A stretch of DNA of 64,000 bases from contig SZYB01000001.1 in the NCBI GenBank assembly GCA_030263285.1, positions 492,911 through 556,910 on the forward strand, in the 5' to 3' direction. Source of the DNA: Bergeyella sp. (GTDB lineage Bacteria; Bacteroidota; Bacteroidia; Flavobacteriales; Weeksellaceae). The translations under genes were made by a program, and so were the position numbers. This document shows positions 38,588-48,841 of the stretch, one piece after another. Each line of letters begins with the position of its first letter. The first letter of the stretch is position 1. The notes under the pieces are model-generated. The model did not search any database, was not told the DNA's origin, and worked only from the letters and a program-made list of their open reading frames with translations.

Positions 38588-39934
38588 ATGTTCAATAACC
38601 TTCAGGACAAGCTGGGCAGGGCTTTGCACGCCCTTTCTGGGAAAGGAAAAATTACGGAAATCAATATTGCAGAAACCGTAAAAGAGATAAGAAGAGCACT
38701 GGTAGATGCGGATGTAAACTATAAAATAGCCAAAGATCTCACCAAAAAAATACAGGAAAAAGCAATAGGGGAGAATGTACTTACCTCTCTTACGCCGGGG
38801 CAGGTAATGACAAAGATTGTTCATGACGAACTGGTAAACCTTATGGGAAGAACACAAGAAGGAATCGATCTCTCCGGGAAACCTTCCATTGTTCTTATTG
38901 CAGGATTACAGGGTTCCGGAAAAACTACTTTTTCCGGAAAGCTCGCAAAGTACCTGAAGACAAAGAAAAACAAAAAACCTCTTCTCGTCGCCTGTGATGT
39001 TTATAGACCTGCTGCTGCAGAACAACTGAAAATTTTGGGAAAACAAATACAGGTTCCTGTATATACAGAAGAAAACTCTGACACCCCGGTAAAAATTGCG
39101 GGAAATGCAATAGAATATGCAAAAACAAATCATCTTGACACCGTGATAATAGATACAGCCGGTAGGCTGGCAATAGACCAGGAAATGATGAATGAGATAC
39201 GATCTATTTATAAAAGTATCGCCCCACAGGAAACATTGTTTGTGGTGGATTCCATGACGGGACAAGATGCCGTAAATACAGCAAAAACCTTCAATGAGGT
39301 GCTCAACTTTAGTGGGGTTGTCCTTACAAAACTGGATGGGGATACCAGAGGAGGGGCGGCTCTCACCATAAGGTCTGTAGTAGAAAAACCTATCAAATTT
39401 ATCTCCACAGGAGAAAAAATGGAAACTCTGGATCTTTTTTACCCGGAGAGAATGGCAGACCGGATATTGGGAATGGGGGATGTGGTTTCCCTTGTAGAAA
39501 GGGCACAGGAGCAATTTGATGAAAATGAGGCAAAAAAACTCCATAAAAAAATAGCTAAAAACGAATTCGGTTTTGATGATTTTCTAAAACAAATAAACCA
39601 GATAAAAAAAATGGGGAATATGAAAGACCTTATAGGCATGATCCCCGGTGTGGGAAAAGCAATAAAAGACATAGATATAAAGGAGGATGCCTTTAAACAC
39701 ACAGAGGCCATTATCTATTCCATGACCCCCGAAGAAAGGCGAAAACCTTCTCTGATAGACATGAGCAGAAAAAAACGCATTGCCAGAGGAGCCGGAAGAA
39801 AACTGGAAGAGGTAAACCAACTCATGAAACAATTTGAACAAATGGGAAAAATAATGAAAATGATGCAGGGGCCCCAAGGAAAGCAAATGATGAGTCAAAT
39901 GCCTAATATGGGGCGAATGTTTGGAAAGAGATGA
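38588..39934 (+). CDS. ffh: signal recognition particle protein Ffh
   Basis: N domain, G domain (GLQGSGKTT, DTAGR, TKLDGD) and a Met-rich M domain (MKMMQGPQGKQMMSQMPNMGRMF). Confidence 0.95.
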   Translation: MFNNLQDKLGRALHALSGKGKITEINIAETVKEIRRALVDADVNYKIAKDLTKKIQEKAIGENVLTSLTPGQVMTKIVHDELVNLMGRTQEGIDLSGKPSIVLIAGLQGSGKTTFSGKLAKYLKTKKNKKPLLVACDVYRPAAAEQLKILGKQIQVPVYTEENSDTPVKIAGNAIEYAKTNHLDTVIIDTAGRLAIDQEMMNEIRSIYKSIAPQETLFVVDSMTGQDAVNTAKTFNEVLNFSGVVLTKLDGDTRGGAALTIRSVVEKPIKFISTGEKMETLDLFYPERMADRILGMGDVVSLVERAQEQFDENEAKKLHKKIAKNEFGFDDFLKQINQIKKMGNMKDLIGMIPGVGKAIKDIDIKEDAFKHTEAIIYSMTPEERRKPSLIDMSRKKRIARGAGRKLEEVNQLMKQFEQMGKIMKMMQGPQGKQMMSQMPNMGRMFGKR

Positions 39935-39960
39935 GATATAGCTTTTAATTAATAATTCAA

Positions 39961-39993
39961 CAAAGACAGACCTCCATAGGAGGTCTGTCTTTG
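39961..39993 (+). terminator. rho-independent-type terminator hairpin after ffh
   Basis: A perfect 15-bp stem (caaagacagacctcc / ggaggtctgtctttg) with a 3-nt loop, followed by a T-rich tail (ttattgt). Confidence 0.7.
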
Positions 39994-40045
39994 TTATTGT
40001 GGTTGTAAAAAATAAATAATCTACATAAAAATCCCCCGGTAAAAA

Positions 40046-40500
40046 TTAAAACTTATACACATCCTAGACCAATAACTCCAAAAGAATCCTCATCAGCACC
40101 ATATCCGTATAATACCCAACATATGGGTTTCTTTTCTGTAGAAAATTATACCCAACATCGGCCCTTACCGAGAATTTGAGAATAAAACTGTACTGCACAG
40201 TAGCCACAACAGGAATAAAACCAAAATTAGGCAACTTCTCTCCGGTTGATCATATCTTCTTGATAAAAAATGATCATATGCAGTCGCAAGTCCTACTTTG
40301 CAAATTCTCAACCATATCGTAAACGTAAATAACATCAACACCTAAATTTCCCCTTAATCCATTTTTTGTGACGCACCTTGATAAGCTCCTTGTTTAAAAC
40401 CGATAGAAGCTACCTGTTGGACATTCGAAAGATCAAAAAATACGAACGCTGCGCCTCTAGAATAATAATCTTTCCATTATTTTTAATTCTTGACAATTAC
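40046..40500 (-). pseudogene. decayed outer-membrane beta-barrel (porin-family) gene remnant
   Basis: No ORF of 60 aa or more is present. Minus-strand fragments in shifting frames read VQYSFILKFSVRADVGYNF, YGYGADEDSFGVIGLGCV and a terminal VYKF-stop, which is an aromatic OMP C-terminal signal. The first fragment resembles VMVQYNFSPKFYVEIGPQ of the intact porin-family gene at 58400-59113. Confidence 0.45.
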
Positions 40501-40550
40501 TAGTTTACAAACCGCAGATTTAACTAAAACAAATAACACAAAAATTATAT

Positions 40551-41513
40551 TTATTCTTTCTCCCCCTCTGTTCTCCCTTCCTTGCTATAAGCATTTATAA
40601 TTTTCCTTACCACAGGATGCCTTACCACATCCTCATCCGTGAGATAAACAAAACCTATTTCCTTTATGTTTTTAAGAACAGACATCGCTTCTCCAAGACC
40701 TGATTTCTGTCGAAGAGGCAAGTCTACCTGACTCGGATCTCCAGTAATAATAAATTTTGCATTCATCCCCATACGGGTAAGAAACATTTTCATCTGAGCA
40801 TGCGTCGTGTTTTGTGCCTCGTCCAAAATTACAAAAGCATCATCCAGTGTGCGCCCTCTCATAAAGGCTAAAGGGGCCACTTCTATCATTTTTTTTTCCA
40901 TATAAGAACTGAGCTTTTCTGCAGGAAACATATCTCTCAATGCATCATACAAAGGTTGTAAATAAGGATCCAGTTTCTCCTTTAGATCTCCCGGAAGAAA
41001 TCCTAAACTCTCCCCCGCTTCTACTGCAGGCCGGGTAAGAACAATTTTTTTTACTTCCTTATTACGAAGTGTCTTTGCCGCGAGTGCAACACTGGTATAA
41101 GTCTTTCCTGTCCCTGCAGGACCTATGGCAAAAACCATATCTTTCTGATCTACTTCTTTTACCAGTTTTTTCAGGTTGGCAGTTTTTGCTTTTATAATCT
41201 TGCCATGTATACCCTTTACTATAATATCCTGATCAAAGACCAGTGATTTTTCTTCTTCTGTTCTCAGAGACAATATGTTCTCTACATCTTTCAACGTAAT
41301 AGAATTATGTCGGGAGATAAAATCTACAATCGTATCAAGTTTTTCTTTGAAAATGGCCAAAGTTTCCCTCTCCCCCATGGCAAAAATAAAAGCATCACGC
41401 CCCGTTATTTTTAGGGTAGGAAAACTGGATTTAAGCAAATTAAAATTTTGGTTTTTTACTCCATAAAAAATTTTGGCATCAATTTCTCGAAGTTCATAAT
41501 TCAATTCAATCAT
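40551..41513 (-). CDS. phoH: PhoH-family ATPase
   Basis: Walker A GPAGTGKTY, ILDEAQN, and the C-terminal VVRHPVV motif. First ATG (MIELNYEL) used instead of the upstream extension. Confidence 0.9.
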   Translation of the reverse strand: MIELNYELREIDAKIFYGVKNQNFNLLKSSFPTLKITGRDAFIFAMGERETLAIFKEKLDTIVDFISRHNSITLKDVENILSLRTEEEKSLVFDQDIIVKGIHGKIIKAKTANLKKLVKEVDQKDMVFAIGPAGTGKTYTSVALAAKTLRNKEVKKIVLTRPAVEAGESLGFLPGDLKEKLDPYLQPLYDALRDMFPAEKLSSYMEKKMIEVAPLAFMRGRTLDDAFVILDEAQNTTHAQMKMFLTRMGMNAKFIITGDPSQVDLPLRQKSGLGEAMSVLKNIKEIGFVYLTDEDVVRHPVVRKIINAYSKEGRTEGEKE

Positions 41514-41584
41514 GCACCGGTATTTTATAATTGGTTTCTCCAAGGAATAACAAAAATCACAACGCAACAATACGCACACAAAAC

Positions 41585-43252
41585 TTAGTTGCCGTATTCT
41601 CTTTTTCTAAGAATAATAAAGAACATTCCCAAAAAAACAATGAAGAAAACAGGAACAAGCAAATTAAGCCATTGCCAATATCCCCGCTCCCGCTCTATCC
41701 TTTGCAAGTCCAATCGTCTGCTCTCTATCTTTCTGTTTCTTAGATTCATAAGACGATTGTCATCCAAAAGGTAATCTAGGGCGTTGCGTAAAAACTGTTC
41801 GTTGCCATAATTTGTATCTGTAAGAACATCATAACCCAATGGCAAAGGATTTCCCTTGACAATGGCATTTCTAGCTATATCACCATCCGAGACCACTATC
41901 ATCTTATTAGGAGCCACTGTGGCCGATCTGAATTTTGGAAATTCATTTTTTTCGCTTCTGGACGCATAAGCAGAGGTAAACCTGCCTTCCATACAAACAG
42001 CAAATATTTTGGGAGAAGAAGGGACTTCCCGCTCAGAAAGAGAATCCGTACGCATAATTTCTGACAGAGAAATAAGATTAGGAACTTTTTTAATAATCGT
42101 TTTTGTACTCGACTCAAAAAGGACCTCTTTTCTTATCCCTTTCCTGTAAAGCGTATCGATAGAAGTAGGAAATTCAAACTTGACAGGATTAATATTTTTT
42201 GTAATTGGGTGCTCCTTTTCTGATATCCCAATAGGAAAATAAGGCCAAAGAAAAGACGTGTACTGAGGATTTCCCGCTACCTCCCCTGTGACAAGACGGA
42301 TAAATGCTGCTTTTTTCAGATCTTTCACCAACGCACTTTGTATCCTTACTCCATAAGAAAAAAATAAATCGTTTAGATTAAGATCTATGGGATACGCCAT
42401 CATTTTTTTTGAAGAGAAAAGAGAATCGATCTCGGCTCGCACGGCATCCACCATCCAAAGACTTCTGCCACCATTCATGATGTATTGATCCAAAATCAAT
42501 TTTTCATTATCTGTAAAAGGTTTTCTTGGTTTTGCAATAACCAATACATCCTGCTTTTCGAGCATCGGAAAATCCTCCTGTGTAAGCGTTCTGGAATTTT
42601 TGGGTATCAAGGCGCCTATCTTATAATTTTCACTGGCCATAGAAAGAAAACCATGAAGCTCTCTGGGCCCTAACTCATCCTGATTTACCAATATACCCAC
42701 CCGTTTTTTGCCCTTGGTAACTAAATTATTAATACTGGAAATCAGTTGATATTCCAGCTCTTCTATAGAACGGGTAATTTGATCTCCGGAAGAAATTCCA
42801 AATTTTTCTACAACCAGGGGTACAGAGAGCCCCTGTGACCGAGTTTTGAGAACAGCGTAGGGAAACAATACCAACTCTGATATTCTTCCCTCCTTTACGT
42901 TTGAAAGGAGGGAAGGTTTGAGCCCCATCATCTCCAGTGTATCCCGGGGAATTCTCTTCTCTATAGGATCTATGAATTTATAATCTATAAGCGGATTTAT
43001 ATTCCTAAACTCCTGTAAGATAAAACGGGTTTCTTCCTGAAGTTGCCTGAAAGCCGCAGGAAAATCTCCATCAAGGTATACTTCAAATAGGAGGGGTTTC
43101 TGTACTTTTTTCAGTATCTGTATACTGGATGAAGAAAGCGTATACTTTTTTTCTTCCGTAAGATCCAGTCGAAACTTAAATACGCCTAAACTTCCTAAAA
43201 AACAAATAATCAATAAAACAACAAACGTAATATTTAAAAATTTATTATTCAT
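41585..43252 (-). CDS. gldG: gliding-motility-associated ABC transporter substrate-binding protein GldG
   Basis: 555 aa with N- and C-terminal TM anchors around a large external domain. It sits immediately downstream of gldF with a 4-nt overlap, the GldG architecture known from Flavobacterium johnsoniae. Confidence 0.8.
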   Translation of the reverse strand: MNNKFLNITFVVLLIICFLGSLGVFKFRLDLTEEKKYTLSSSSIQILKKVQKPLLFEVYLDGDFPAAFRQLQEETRFILQEFRNINPLIDYKFIDPIEKRIPRDTLEMMGLKPSLLSNVKEGRISELVLFPYAVLKTRSQGLSVPLVVEKFGISSGDQITRSIEELEYQLISSINNLVTKGKKRVGILVNQDELGPRELHGFLSMASENYKIGALIPKNSRTLTQEDFPMLEKQDVLVIAKPRKPFTDNEKLILDQYIMNGGRSLWMVDAVRAEIDSLFSSKKMMAYPIDLNLNDLFFSYGVRIQSALVKDLKKAAFIRLVTGEVAGNPQYTSFLWPYFPIGISEKEHPITKNINPVKFEFPTSIDTLYRKGIRKEVLFESSTKTIIKKVPNLISLSEIMRTDSLSEREVPSSPKIFAVCMEGRFTSAYASRSEKNEFPKFRSATVAPNKMIVVSDGDIARNAIVKGNPLPLGYDVLTDTNYGNEQFLRNALDYLLDDNRLMNLRNRKIESRRLDLQRIERERGYWQWLNLLVPVFFIVFLGMFFIILRKREYGN

Positions 43253-43983
43253 TTTTTCTTGCGAATTTTGATCTCAGACACCCCATAGCAAATCAAAACG
43301 ACAGTGATAAAATAAAAAACATCCTTACTGTCTATAAGCCCTCTGGAGAAATTGATATAGTGTTTATATAAACCCAGACTCTGAAAAGCATAATCGAACG
43401 TACCCATAAGCCTATAGCTGGAGAGCTGTTCGATACCGAAATACATGAAAAAACAAAAAAACACTCCCAAAAGATAAGCCGTAATAGGATTCTCAGAAAG
43501 CAAAGCAGCTAAATTACCCAAAGCAGAAAAGGCACCACACAAAAAAAATGCCCCTATATACCCCCCCAATAACGCCCCCGCATCTACATCGCTGATCTCT
43601 TGGGTAAGAGATAAAGCATCTACAGTATAGACGTACACTATAGAAGGCAAAAGACACAAAAGACCTAAAGTCCAAACAAAAAAAAGTTTACCCAACAATA
43701 TCGAACGAATACTGACTGGTTGTGAAAAAAGCCAAACAAGCGTTCCACGCCGAGATTCCTCTGTAAAAGATTTCATAGAAATTGCCGGAATAAGAAACAT
43801 AAAAATCCACGGAACCAGGATAAAATAACTATAAAGAGAAGCGATCCCTATATCCAACAGATTATAATGGGTCTCAAAAAAAAACAAAAAAAGGACACAC
43901 AAAACACTAAAAATACCTACAATAACACTGGCACTACCATTCCCAAAACTCTCAAAAAGTTCTTTTTTATAAAGGCTAAACAT
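43249..43983 (-). CDS. gldF: gliding-motility-associated ABC transporter permease GldF
   Basis: 244 aa ABC-2-type permease with about 6 TM helices, paired with gldG. Confidence 0.8.
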   Translation of the reverse strand: MFSLYKKELFESFGNGSASVIVGIFSVLCVLFLFFFETHYNLLDIGIASLYSYFILVPWIFMFLIPAISMKSFTEESRRGTLVWLFSQPVSIRSILLGKLFFVWTLGLLCLLPSIVYVYTVDALSLTQEISDVDAGALLGGYIGAFFLCGAFSALGNLAALLSENPITAYLLGVFFCFFMYFGIEQLSSYRLMGTFDYAFQSLGLYKHYINFSRGLIDSKDVFYFITVVLICYGVSEIKIRKKK

Positions 43984-44532
43984 TTATTTCTTTTTTCTAC
44001 TAACCCACTTTACAACAGAAATGATAACCAAAACCAAAACCAAAAAACCGGACAAAAACTCTCTCCAATAAAACAAAAGCTGAGATTTCAATACCGCCGT
44101 AAAAACAACCAAAAATAACAAAAAAGTGGCCACCTCATTCATTTGCCTAAGAACAATAGTAGAATTCATAAGTGCCTTTCCTTCCAATTTTTTTATTTCT
44201 AAAACTTTTTTCCAGCACCAGAAATGAAACCCTAACAAAAACAACAAAAAAAGAAATTTGAGATGAAACCAAGACGCTTGTAGCAGACCGGGATTTACAA
44301 ATAACATACAAAGCCCGAATACCACCATAAGCATACCTGCAGGCAATACGATAATAGTCCATAGCCTAAAAATCATGAAAACGTATTGAGACCGTAAAAT
44401 ATCTTTTTTGGGGCCGGAAAATCCGTCGGTGTCTTTATAGTAAACAAAAAGGCGAACCAGGTAAAAAATTCCGGCAAAATAGCTCACCATGAATATGATA
44501 TGAAGCGCTTTGAAAATGTAATAGTATGCCAT
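43984..44532 (-). CDS. hemJ: protoporphyrinogen IX oxidase HemJ (CopD-like, UPF0093)
   Basis: N-terminus YYYIFKALHIIFMVSYFAGIFYLVRLFVYY matches the HemJ signature (KalHi..v.WfAGlfYL.RlFVY). 4-5 TM helices. Its stop codon abuts the gldF start. Confidence 0.75.
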   Translation of the reverse strand: MAYYYIFKALHIIFMVSYFAGIFYLVRLFVYYKDTDGFSGPKKDILRSQYVFMIFRLWTIIVLPAGMLMVVFGLCMLFVNPGLLQASWFHLKFLFLLFLLGFHFWCWKKVLEIKKLEGKALMNSTIVLRQMNEVATFLLFLVVFTAVLKSQLLFYWREFLSGFLVLVLVIISVVKWVSRKKK

Positions 44533-44568
44533 CGAAAAGTTACAGGGTGACGAAATAAATTTTTAATC

Positions 44569-45411
44569 TTAGTGCCCTTGTTCATAAAATTCTACATAAA
44601 CCTTCGCCCCTACGTCCAAACCAAAAAGGGAGTGTGCACCGTTGTGTATATTTCCTTTGTAAATACAAATTTCTAGTAATTGGGACTCATTAAAAATGGC
44701 AATAACCCTCCCATGTGCGCTTCTTTCATCTGCCCAATGAGCTATAAAATCAGTATATCGAGAATAGATCTTAGAAAGACTTATATTTCTAAACTTTATT
44801 GTGAACCCATGCAAACTCAGTATTTTGTCTTGAAATAGTTCTCTGGAAATATTAGTTACCAAATTTCCAAAATGATCTATATATATCACTTCTCCACTTA
44901 TCATTTTTTCACTTTCATGATAGGCGGGTGTGGGGAGTTTTATCTCAACGGGAGCAGAAAATTCCTTACCAATCTGCTCTGGAAGCCCTCCTTCTAAAAG
45001 ATGAAGAGCTGCAGGAACATATGTATCCAATACAGGATACAATAACACAGAACCCTCCTGTTTATTCTGCAAGGGAATAGCAAAAATGTATTCCGGCTGG
45101 ATATCAAAAAAAATAAGACTCATCAAACCATTATCCGCACAGAGAAAATAATGACCGTTTACTTTATACACAAGACTTTTTACTTCTTCCCTATACATGT
45201 TGTCTACGCACAACAGATGCACAGAACCACCGGGAAAGTGAGAATAGGCACTTCTTATTATATAGGCGGCTTGCTGAAGATCATAAGGAGCTATCTCATG
45301 AGTGATATCTACAATCTTTACATTTTCATCAAGACTAAGCAGCCCCCCCTTTATAGTAGCTACACGAGGATCTACCATTCCATAATCCGATGTCAAGGTG
45401 ACCACTGGCAT
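44569..45411 (-). CDS. SAM hydrolase / SAM-dependent halogenase family protein (DUF62, SAM hydroxide adenosyltransferase-like)
   Basis: The N-terminus VVTLTSDYGMVDPRVATIKG is the family signature (L.tDfG..D.yvg..kg). 280 aa. Confidence 0.75.
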   Translation of the reverse strand: MPVVTLTSDYGMVDPRVATIKGGLLSLDENVKIVDITHEIAPYDLQQAAYIIRSAYSHFPGGSVHLLCVDNMYREEVKSLVYKVNGHYFLCADNGLMSLIFFDIQPEYIFAIPLQNKQEGSVLLYPVLDTYVPAALHLLEGGLPEQIGKEFSAPVEIKLPTPAYHESEKMISGEVIYIDHFGNLVTNISRELFQDKILSLHGFTIKFRNISLSKIYSRYTDFIAHWADERSAHGRVIAIFNESQLLEICIYKGNIHNGAHSLFGLDVGAKVYVEFYEQGH

Positions 45412-45470
45412 AAGGCAAAAGTAGGAAAATTAATTAAGTAAAAAACAAGAACAATGTGACAGAGACACAT

Positions 45471-47234
45471 CTACATCCTGTCTACCGTTTGTATACCTAG
45501 AAGCGCCAGGGACTTTTTTATCGTCTTTGCAGTAAGATTGGAGAGATAAAGTCTCATTTTTTTTCTCGAAATGTCCTCCACAGATAAGATAGGGTTATTC
45601 TGATAAAACGCATTATAGGACTTTACCAAATCATATACATAATTGGCCATATGCGCAGGGTTGAGAGAATCAGCAGCCTTTGTCAGGGTTTCTTTGTATA
45701 TACTTAATAAATAAATTAAATCTCTTTCATAAGGGTTGAGTTTGATACTTTGGGGAAAATCATCGTAAGAAAAATCTACCTTGGAAATGAGAGACTGAAT
45801 TCTAGCATATGCATACTGTATGAAAGGACCTGTATTTCCATTAAAATCTATACTTTCTTCTGGATCAAAAAGCATTTTTTTCCTAGGCTCTACCTTAAGC
45901 ATAAAATATTTTAAAGCACCCAAACCTACCGTCTCGTATGATTTTCTTTTCTCTTCGGGAGAAAGAGTATCCAGCTTCCCCAGTTCCCGAGCTTTTTCTT
46001 TTGCAATATTATACATCTGTTGCATGAGGTCATCTGCATCTACTACATTCCCTTCACGAGATTTCATCTTTCCTTCCGGTAACTCCACCATGCCATAAGA
46101 AAGATGGTACAGCTGGCCGGCCCAAGAGTACCCAAGTTTTTTTAAAACACCAAATAAAACCTGAAAATGATAATCCTGTTCATTGCCCACGGTATAAATG
46201 AGTCTGTCTATAGAGTTACGCTTAAAGCGCTCTACTGCGGTACCCAAATCCTGTGTTATATAAACAGAAGTACCGTCTGAACGTAGCAAAAGTTTTTCAT
46301 CCAGCCCCTCTTCGGAAAGATCTACCCATACAGATCCATCGGATTTTTTATAAAAAACCCCTTTTTTTATTCCTTCCTCTATTATATCTTTCCCCAGTAT
46401 ATAGGTAGTACTCTCGTACTGTACCTGATCAAAATTTACTCCTAATCTCTTATAAGTGACATCAAAGCCCAAGTATACCCAGCGGTTCATTTTTTCCCAC
46501 AAAGCTCTTACTTTCTCATCTCCATTCTCCCATCCCAAAAGCATCTTCTGCACCTCCAAAATAGATGGCGCCTCCTTTCTGGCTCTTTCTTCAGGAATCC
46601 CCTGCTCTTTTAATTCCTTTATCTCTTCCTTATACTTTTTGTCGAACATAACATAGAAATCCCCCACCAGTTTATCTCCTTTGGTCTGAGTAGATTCGGG
46701 AGTTTTTCCCTCCCCAAATTTTTCCCAAGCCCACATAGATTTACATATATGGACTCCTCTGTCATTGATGATCTGAGTTTTTATAACCTTATACCCATTT
46801 TCTTCAAGGATATTGGCAAGAGAATACCCCAGAAGATTATTTCTTATATGGCCCAAGTGGAGAGGCTTATTCGTGTTGGGAGAAGAATATTCCACCATAA
46901 TCGTCTCATTTTTTTTCTGAACTTCATCGAGTTGCTGTGCTACAAAACGCACATTTTCCAGTAAAAAATGATCTTTTATGGAAAGATTGAGAAATCCTTT
47001 TATATGGCTGTATCCACTTACAAACTCAGAATTAGAAACAAGATACTCTCCCAAAGAGAGTGCAATTTCCTCTAAATTTTTTTTTAGAATTTTAACCAAC
47101 GGAAACAATACCAAAGTATAGTCTCCTGAAAAATCAGATTTTGTTTTTTGTAATTCTATGCGGCTCCGATCCCATGCATAAATACGCTTGATTCCTTCCT
47201 GTATGTCTTCTTGTAAAGATTTTTTTAGATCCAT
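45471..47234 (-). CDS. argS: arginine--tRNA ligase
   Basis: Class I HIGH motif (NTNKPLHLGHIRN), a KMSK-like motif (GKMKSREG), a DALR anticodon-binding C-terminal domain, and the terminal ...DRM. Confidence 0.94.
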   Translation of the reverse strand: MDLKKSLQEDIQEGIKRIYAWDRSRIELQKTKSDFSGDYTLVLFPLVKILKKNLEEIALSLGEYLVSNSEFVSGYSHIKGFLNLSIKDHFLLENVRFVAQQLDEVQKKNETIMVEYSSPNTNKPLHLGHIRNNLLGYSLANILEENGYKVIKTQIINDRGVHICKSMWAWEKFGEGKTPESTQTKGDKLVGDFYVMFDKKYKEEIKELKEQGIPEERARKEAPSILEVQKMLLGWENGDEKVRALWEKMNRWVYLGFDVTYKRLGVNFDQVQYESTTYILGKDIIEEGIKKGVFYKKSDGSVWVDLSEEGLDEKLLLRSDGTSVYITQDLGTAVERFKRNSIDRLIYTVGNEQDYHFQVLFGVLKKLGYSWAGQLYHLSYGMVELPEGKMKSREGNVVDADDLMQQMYNIAKEKARELGKLDTLSPEEKRKSYETVGLGALKYFMLKVEPRKKMLFDPEESIDFNGNTGPFIQYAYARIQSLISKVDFSYDDFPQSIKLNPYERDLIYLLSIYKETLTKAADSLNPAHMANYVYDLVKSYNAFYQNNPILSVEDISRKKMRLYLSNLTAKTIKKSLALLGIQTVDRM

Positions 47235-47372
47235 GTAATATGAAAAATACGAGTGAACAAATATACAAAATAAAGAGGCCTCCAGAGCGTTCCGGAGTCC
47301 CTAATCAATAAGACACTACCAACGGCTGCCCATTTAATAGGCGTTTTTTTTGCAGACAGATACCCTGGTCTG

Positions 47373-47531
47373 TCACATTCCAACTCCCCAAAGGTAAATT
47401 TTTTGAGTCCATATCACCAGAGAGGTAAGCTTTCCGGAATCAAACACAATATCACCTACTACATTCTTGCATCCTACCATAAAAAGAAGAATGACGAGGA
47501 TCAAAAAAACTGTTGCAATATGTCTTGCCAT
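47373..47531 (-). pseudogene. truncated lipoprotein ORF (signal peptide plus about 30 residues), probable frameshift remnant
   Basis: MARHIATVFLILVILLFMVGC is a lipoprotein signal with a lipobox, and the ORF stops after 52 codons. An alternative frame stays open after the T6 run at 47399-47404. No family recognised. Confidence 0.35.
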
Positions 47532-48841
47532 TTTTATATTTTCATTTTTCGTATTTTTTTAAAAAATCAGCCTATACCGTAAAACATAAGAGCGCGTACT
47601 AGAGGATTGTTAAAGTATTGTAACCCTCCTCCATTAGAACCACCTGTGAGACGGGTATCTGGATCAGTTTACATTGTTTTATTTTTAGCCTGACATCAAA
47701 GGTTTCTGCCCACCACTCCCAAGGAACGACTCTTTACCCCCATACTTTTTTAGAAAATGTCCCCTAAAAGTATAGTCCATGGCGATCTGAAAAATTTTGA
47801 CCCATGTAGCGTCCTCTTACAAATTGAGAAGAAAGGCCTCCCAATCTCTCCCTCCAAGGATTTTATAGCATGCCTCATCCAGCAGTAGCTCTCCAACACC
47901 AAAATCTTTTATGTTCCCTCTTACAAGATATTTTCCGCACTCTTGTGCAAAGGCTAGATCTACGGCTTTCACCCCATTATGGTTGTATAAACTGTTAAGC
48001 CTGTTCGGAAGTAAAGCGCAAAACATTTCCTGTTTCAGAAGAGGTGTCAAGAGTATTCAATTCGTAACCCCTATGGTCCCATCCCTCTATGCCCCCTCAC
48101 AAATCCGAGTCCCGACAGTGATATAATTTAAATCCCGCTATTATAACTAAATTAAAATTCAAATTTTTAAATATATCTCCACCATCGTTTATGATAAGGT
48201 CTATAGTATTTTGCATATAACCGTATAGCCAACAGTCTGCTGCAGCCTAATCTTTTCTTGCATTTGGGTTAATATAGTCAATCCTGGGGGATTGTCGTAC
48301 GCCCGCTGCGGGATTACCCTCCTGATTAGATACATTTCCCACAGCTATTTTCGTCGTTGGATAATATGGGATTTCGTCCAATACATACGTACAGAAAGAG
48401 TAATCGTTCCCAAAATGGAGTTTTGTCCAAGTATCTGAAATACACACCAGAACCAGGATCGCCCGAATTGGAAACAATATTTACCCTCGACATTTTATCC
48501 GACATTCCCCTTAGATGCGGAAGTCCCTCAAGACTCCGTCACGAAGAACCCTTCACTTTGGAAAAAGAAGAGGCAAGTTGTTCCTTTTTTATTTACTTTA
48601 AACCTAAGGCGTTTAAAACAATTTCTTTTATTTCAGCGGTCCTGGTCAAATCTCTTTGTACATCTGTTACCCCAAAGCGACTAAAACCCAAAAAAATCCC
48701 GACTTATATTTTAAGATAATTACTTTTTATAAGCGGGCGATATACATAATTTTATAAAAAAATTACAAAAAAGAATATCATAACCACTACAAAATATAAG
48801 AACTAAATAAAAATAATTGGGGTTATTTTTTACAAGTATAT

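Noticed and set aside
47344-47374. Hairpin gacaga-N8-tctgtc next to a T8 run, considered as a terminator downstream of the lipoprotein fragment or upstream of argS.
   Set aside because: The T-run precedes the hairpin on the plus strand, and on the minus strand the hairpin is followed by an A-run. The geometry is therefore wrong for an intrinsic terminator in either direction.
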